Origin: an uncultured Chloroflexia bacterium | GTDB lineage: Bacteria; Chloroflexota; Dehalococcoidia; SM23-28-2 | Length of the DNA stretch: 64,000 nucleotides | Direction: 5' to 3' | NCBI GenBank assembly: GCA_963701285.1 | Contig: OY969584.1 | Coordinates: 434,131-498,130 of the forward strand | Shown here: one piece after another, positions 61,039 to 64,000 of the stretch | Position numbering within the stretch: position 1 is the stretch's first letter | Layout of the letters: each line of letters begins with the position of its first letter | Program-made: the position numbers and the translations under genes | Notes under the pieces: generated by a model | Database searches by the model: none | What the model was told of the DNA's origin: nothing | What the model saw: only the letters and a program-made list of their open reading frames with translations

Positions 61039-61815
61039 CTACGGGTGGGCCAGGGCGCCGCCCTCAACGAAGATGGTCTGGCTGGTGGCAAACTCCGAGG
61101 CGTCGGAGGCGAGGTAGACGGCTAGGCCCGCGATCTCCTCCGCGCGGCCCAGGCGGTGCATCGGTAGGTACTTCGCCAGGGCCGCCTTAAGCGACTCGTC
61201 CTGGCCGATGCCCGGCACGTCCTCCAGGAAACCGACGCCGATGCCGTTTACCGTCACGCCCGTGCGTGCCCACTCCAGCGCCAGGGCGTGGGTGAAGTTG
61301 ATGACGCCCGCCTTGGCGGCGCAGTAGGCAGTGCTGTTAATGGCGCCCCGGTCACCCAAGATGGAGGTGACGTTGATGACACGACCCTTGCCCTGGGCGA
61401 GCATGACAGGGGCCGCCGCTCGGCAGGCGTAGAATACCGTCGACAGGTTGGCGGTCAGCACCCGCTGCCACTCATCGAGCGTGGTCTCGGCCAGGGGCTT
61501 GGCGAAGGGCAGGTCGGGGTTGTTCACCAGAATGTCCAGTCGGCCCAGCTCGTCTGCCGTCCGGCGGACAATCGCCTCCACCTGCGCGGCGTCGGTGACA
61601 TCGATGGCTGCGGCGAAGCCCTTGCGCCCCAAGGCCCAGACCTCGTTCACGGCCGAGTTCACAGCCATCTCCTCCTGACGATTGGCGGCGCAGGAGGTGA
61701 AGGCAACGTCGGCCCCGGCCTCGGCCAGAGCCACGCCTATCGCCCGACCCAGGGCGGTGGCGCCGCCCAGCACCAAGGCCACCTTGCCGGACAGATCGAA
61801 TTTACTCGTTACCAT
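61039..61815 (-). CDS. SDR family oxidoreductase
   Basis: GGATALG, YCAAK, YLAS. Confidence 0.87.
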   Translation of the reverse strand: MVTSKFDLSGKVALVLGGATALGRAIGVALAEAGADVAFTSCAANRQEEMAVNSAVNEVWALGRKGFAAAIDVTDAAQVEAIVRRTADELGRLDILVNNPDLPFAKPLAETTLDEWQRVLTANLSTVFYACRAAAPVMLAQGKGRVINVTSILGDRGAINSTAYCAAKAGVINFTHALALEWARTGVTVNGIGVGFLEDVPGIGQDESLKAALAKYLPMHRLGRAEEIAGLAVYLASDASEFATSQTIFVEGGALAHP

Positions 61816-61823
61816 GACGCCCC

Positions 61824-62621
61824 CTACATGGGAATAACGGGGGCCAAGCCGCAAGGCGCCTGCGCGCCGGCCAAGCCGCCGCCATCGATGAGGACAGTTT
61901 CGCCGTTCATGTAGTTGGAGAGCGGCGACGCCAGGAAGACCACCAGCGGGCCCAACTCCTCGGCCCGCCCCAGGCGGCCCACGGGGATGAACTTGCCGCC
62001 TCGCCACTCCTGCGCCATCTCCTCAGTGTGGGGGAAGAGGCCGGGCGCGATGCAGTTGGACTGGATGTTGTTGTCGGCGAAAGTGAGAGCCAGCGAGCGA
62101 GTGAAGTTAATGAGGCCGGCCTTGGCGGGCACGTACATCCAGTTGTTGCGGCCGCCGCGCAGGCCGAAGCCCGAGGCGGTGTTGATGATCTTGCCATACC
62201 CCTGCTTGAGGAAATGGGGGATGATGGCGCGGGTGCAGTAGAAGGCGCTGGTGAGGTTAGTGTCGATGCCAACCCGCCACTGCTCATCGGTGATGGTCTG
62301 GAGGTCGGCGCCGTAGCCGGCGGTGGCGCCGCCGGCGTTGTTCGCCAAGACGTCGACGTGCCCGAACTCGGTAACTGCCTGCTCCACCATCGCATTCACC
62401 TGGGCGGAGTTCGTCACATCGGTGGGGACGACGAGGCAGCGGCGGCCGGTGGCCTTCACCTGCTGGGCCGTCTCCTCGAGCTGGGAGAGGGTGCGGGCCG
62501 CCGCCACGATGTCGGCGCCCGCCTCGGCCAGGGCCATGGCCATGGCTCGTCCCAGGCCGCGCCCGGCGCCGGTGAGAATGACCACCTTGCCGTCCAGTCG
62601 CAGTTTGTCCAGGATCGCCAT
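61824..62621 (-). CDS. SDR family oxidoreductase
   Basis: TGAGRGLG, NNAG, YVPAK. Confidence 0.9.
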   Translation of the reverse strand: MAILDKLRLDGKVVILTGAGRGLGRAMAMALAEAGADIVAAARTLSQLEETAQQVKATGRRCLVVPTDVTNSAQVNAMVEQAVTEFGHVDVLANNAGGATAGYGADLQTITDEQWRVGIDTNLTSAFYCTRAIIPHFLKQGYGKIINTASGFGLRGGRNNWMYVPAKAGLINFTRSLALTFADNNIQSNCIAPGLFPHTEEMAQEWRGGKFIPVGRLGRAEELGPLVVFLASPLSNYMNGETVLIDGGGLAGAQAPCGLAPVIPM

Positions 62622-62775
62622 CAGACATACCCCCTGTCTATCGCCAGAGTGCCCCAATTATAGACACACTCGTGGAGAGGCGTCTAGACTGGGGCCGACA
62701 GGAGGCCCGCCATGAAGGTCACCTCCCCTACGGTCGCCTGAGCCGCCCCGACCTGTCGGGGCAGGAGAGTAAGCC

Positions 62776-63690
62776 ATGCCCGACGTGAAGTTCGGTGTCA
62801 ACCTCTGGCCCCTTCCCCTGGAGCAGGCGGAGCGGGTGGAAGAACTGGGGTTCGATTCCCTCTGGACGAGCGAGCACATGCTCTTCTACGTCCCCGTGTT
62901 CGATGCCGTCACTATCCTCGCTGCCTTCGCTGCCCGCACCAAGCGCCTTCTCCTGGGCTCGGCGGTGCTGCTCCTGCCCTTGCGCCATCCCACCGTCCTC
63001 GCCAAGGAACTGGCCAGCCTGGACATCATCTCCAACGGCCGCATCATCCTGGGCGCCGGCGTCGGCGGCGAGTTCGCCCGCGAGTTCGTGGCCTGCGGCG
63101 TGCCCGTGAATGAGCGCGGGGCCCGCACCAACGAGGCGATCCAGGTGATGCGACGCCTGTGGAGCGAGTCGCACGTGAACCACGAGGGGCGCTTCTTCCG
63201 CCTGGAGGATGCGACCATGGAGCCCAAGCCCGTTCAGAAGCCCGGCCCCCCTATCTGGGTCGCCGGCCGGTCCGAGGCGGCCATGAAACGGGCCGCCCGC
63301 CTCGGCGACGGCTACTTCCCCTATCTCTTCAGCCCCGAGCGCTATCGCGACAGCTTCGCCAAGGTGCGCGCCTACGCCGAGGCGGCGGGCCGCGACCCCT
63401 CGACCATTCAGAGGGCCGTTTACCAGTTTATCGCCCTGGCCGACACGTACGAGGAGGCACGCCAGCGGGCCAACCAGGAGCTGAGCCTGCGCTACAACCA
63501 GCCCTTCGACCGCATTGTCGACCGCTACTGCGTGCTGGGCACGCCCGAGCAGTGCGCCGAACGGCTGAGCGAGTACGTGGAGGCGGGGGTGGCCCACTTC
63601 TGCCTGGTGCCCATCGCGCCGCCGGCGGAGCTGCCGGCCCACCTGGAGACCTTAGCCCGCCAGGTCACGCCCCGCGTGCGGGGCCGGTAG
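62776..63690 (+). CDS. LLM class flavin/F420-dependent oxidoreductase
   Basis: GFDSLWTSEH, LPLRHP..LAK..ASLD..SNGR, PKPVQKP.PPIWVAG. Confidence 0.9.
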   Translation: MPDVKFGVNLWPLPLEQAERVEELGFDSLWTSEHMLFYVPVFDAVTILAAFAARTKRLLLGSAVLLLPLRHPTVLAKELASLDIISNGRIILGAGVGGEFAREFVACGVPVNERGARTNEAIQVMRRLWSESHVNHEGRFFRLEDATMEPKPVQKPGPPIWVAGRSEAAMKRAARLGDGYFPYLFSPERYRDSFAKVRAYAEAAGRDPSTIQRAVYQFIALADTYEEARQRANQELSLRYNQPFDRIVDRYCVLGTPEQCAERLSEYVEAGVAHFCLVPIAPPAELPAHLETLARQVTPRVRGR

Positions 63691-63709
63691 CCTAAGGGAG
63701 CGCAGCCCC

Positions 63710-63837
63710 GTCACCCTGAGCGGAGCGAAGGGTCTGGAGTGGGGCGATCCAGGCCTTCTTCAAGGCCCGCCATCGCGGCGATGCGCACGTAGGGCTGCCC
63801 CATCCCACCCCAGGTTCTTCGCTGCGCTCAGAATGAC
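63710..63837. repeat. Inverted-repeat element family C (GTCACCCTGAGCGGAGCGAAGGGTCT...AGGTTCTTCGCTGCGCTCAGAATGAC)
   Basis: Imperfectly complementary ~26-nt ends enclosing a ~75-nt spacer in an intergenic region. Confidence 0.65.
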
Positions 63838-63917
63838 TGGCTGCCACGAACGCCTCAAATTGACGCCGCCTGGGTGCAGGCTTATGATCTCCCTGAGCCC
63901 GGCCGGAGAGGAGAAGC

Positions 63918-64000
63918 ATGAGCGCGGTTTCCGCTGAAGCGGTGGAGGCAGCCCTCGATGAGATCCGCCCTGCCATCCAGCTCGACGGCGGCGACGTGGA
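63918..64000 (+). CDS. NifU/NfuA family protein, truncated by the window edge
   Basis: MSAVSAEAVEAALDEIRPAIQLDGGDV; GAGGAG RBS. Confidence 0.85.
   Translation, partial: MSAVSAEAVEAALDEIRPAIQLDGGDV

Overview
A 64 kb, high-GC, gene-dense bacterial chromosomal window. The gene content and the Thr/Pro-rich lipoproteins suggest Chloroflexota (Dehalococcoidia-like); this is inference, not a tested assignment. Housekeeping genes include rpsU, purF/purM/purH, folP/folK, lgt, murT/gatD, ychF, tsaA, gyrB and dnaE. There is also a copper-resistance operon (csoR-copA), a split cytochrome b6/subunit IV/Rieske operon, and a SAM-I-riboswitch-led sulfur-carrier cluster (thrC-like, NIL, MoaD, Rrf2, cysK, two MoaD-MoeB fusions, cysM, mec). 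The standout signal is missing from the ORF track: a ferredoxin:thioredoxin reductase catalytic-subunit gene (7469-7894) in which both redox-active cysteine positions are in-frame TGA codons. Each TGA is followed, exactly 13 nt later, by a perfect 7-bp SECIS-like hairpin, which predicts a two-selenocysteine (diselenide) FTR. It lies convergent to two unannotated desulforedoxin-like mini-genes and the Rieske/b6 operon. Other points: tandem ubiquitin-like/E1 fusions (one lacking the E1 cysteine) next to a JAMM peptidase, an HNH-DGQH[R/K] gene, several unannotated small ORFs and several families of dispersed palindromic repeats. gyrB carries about a dozen indels, probably long-read errors. No rRNA, tRNA, CRISPR array or transposase was recognised.
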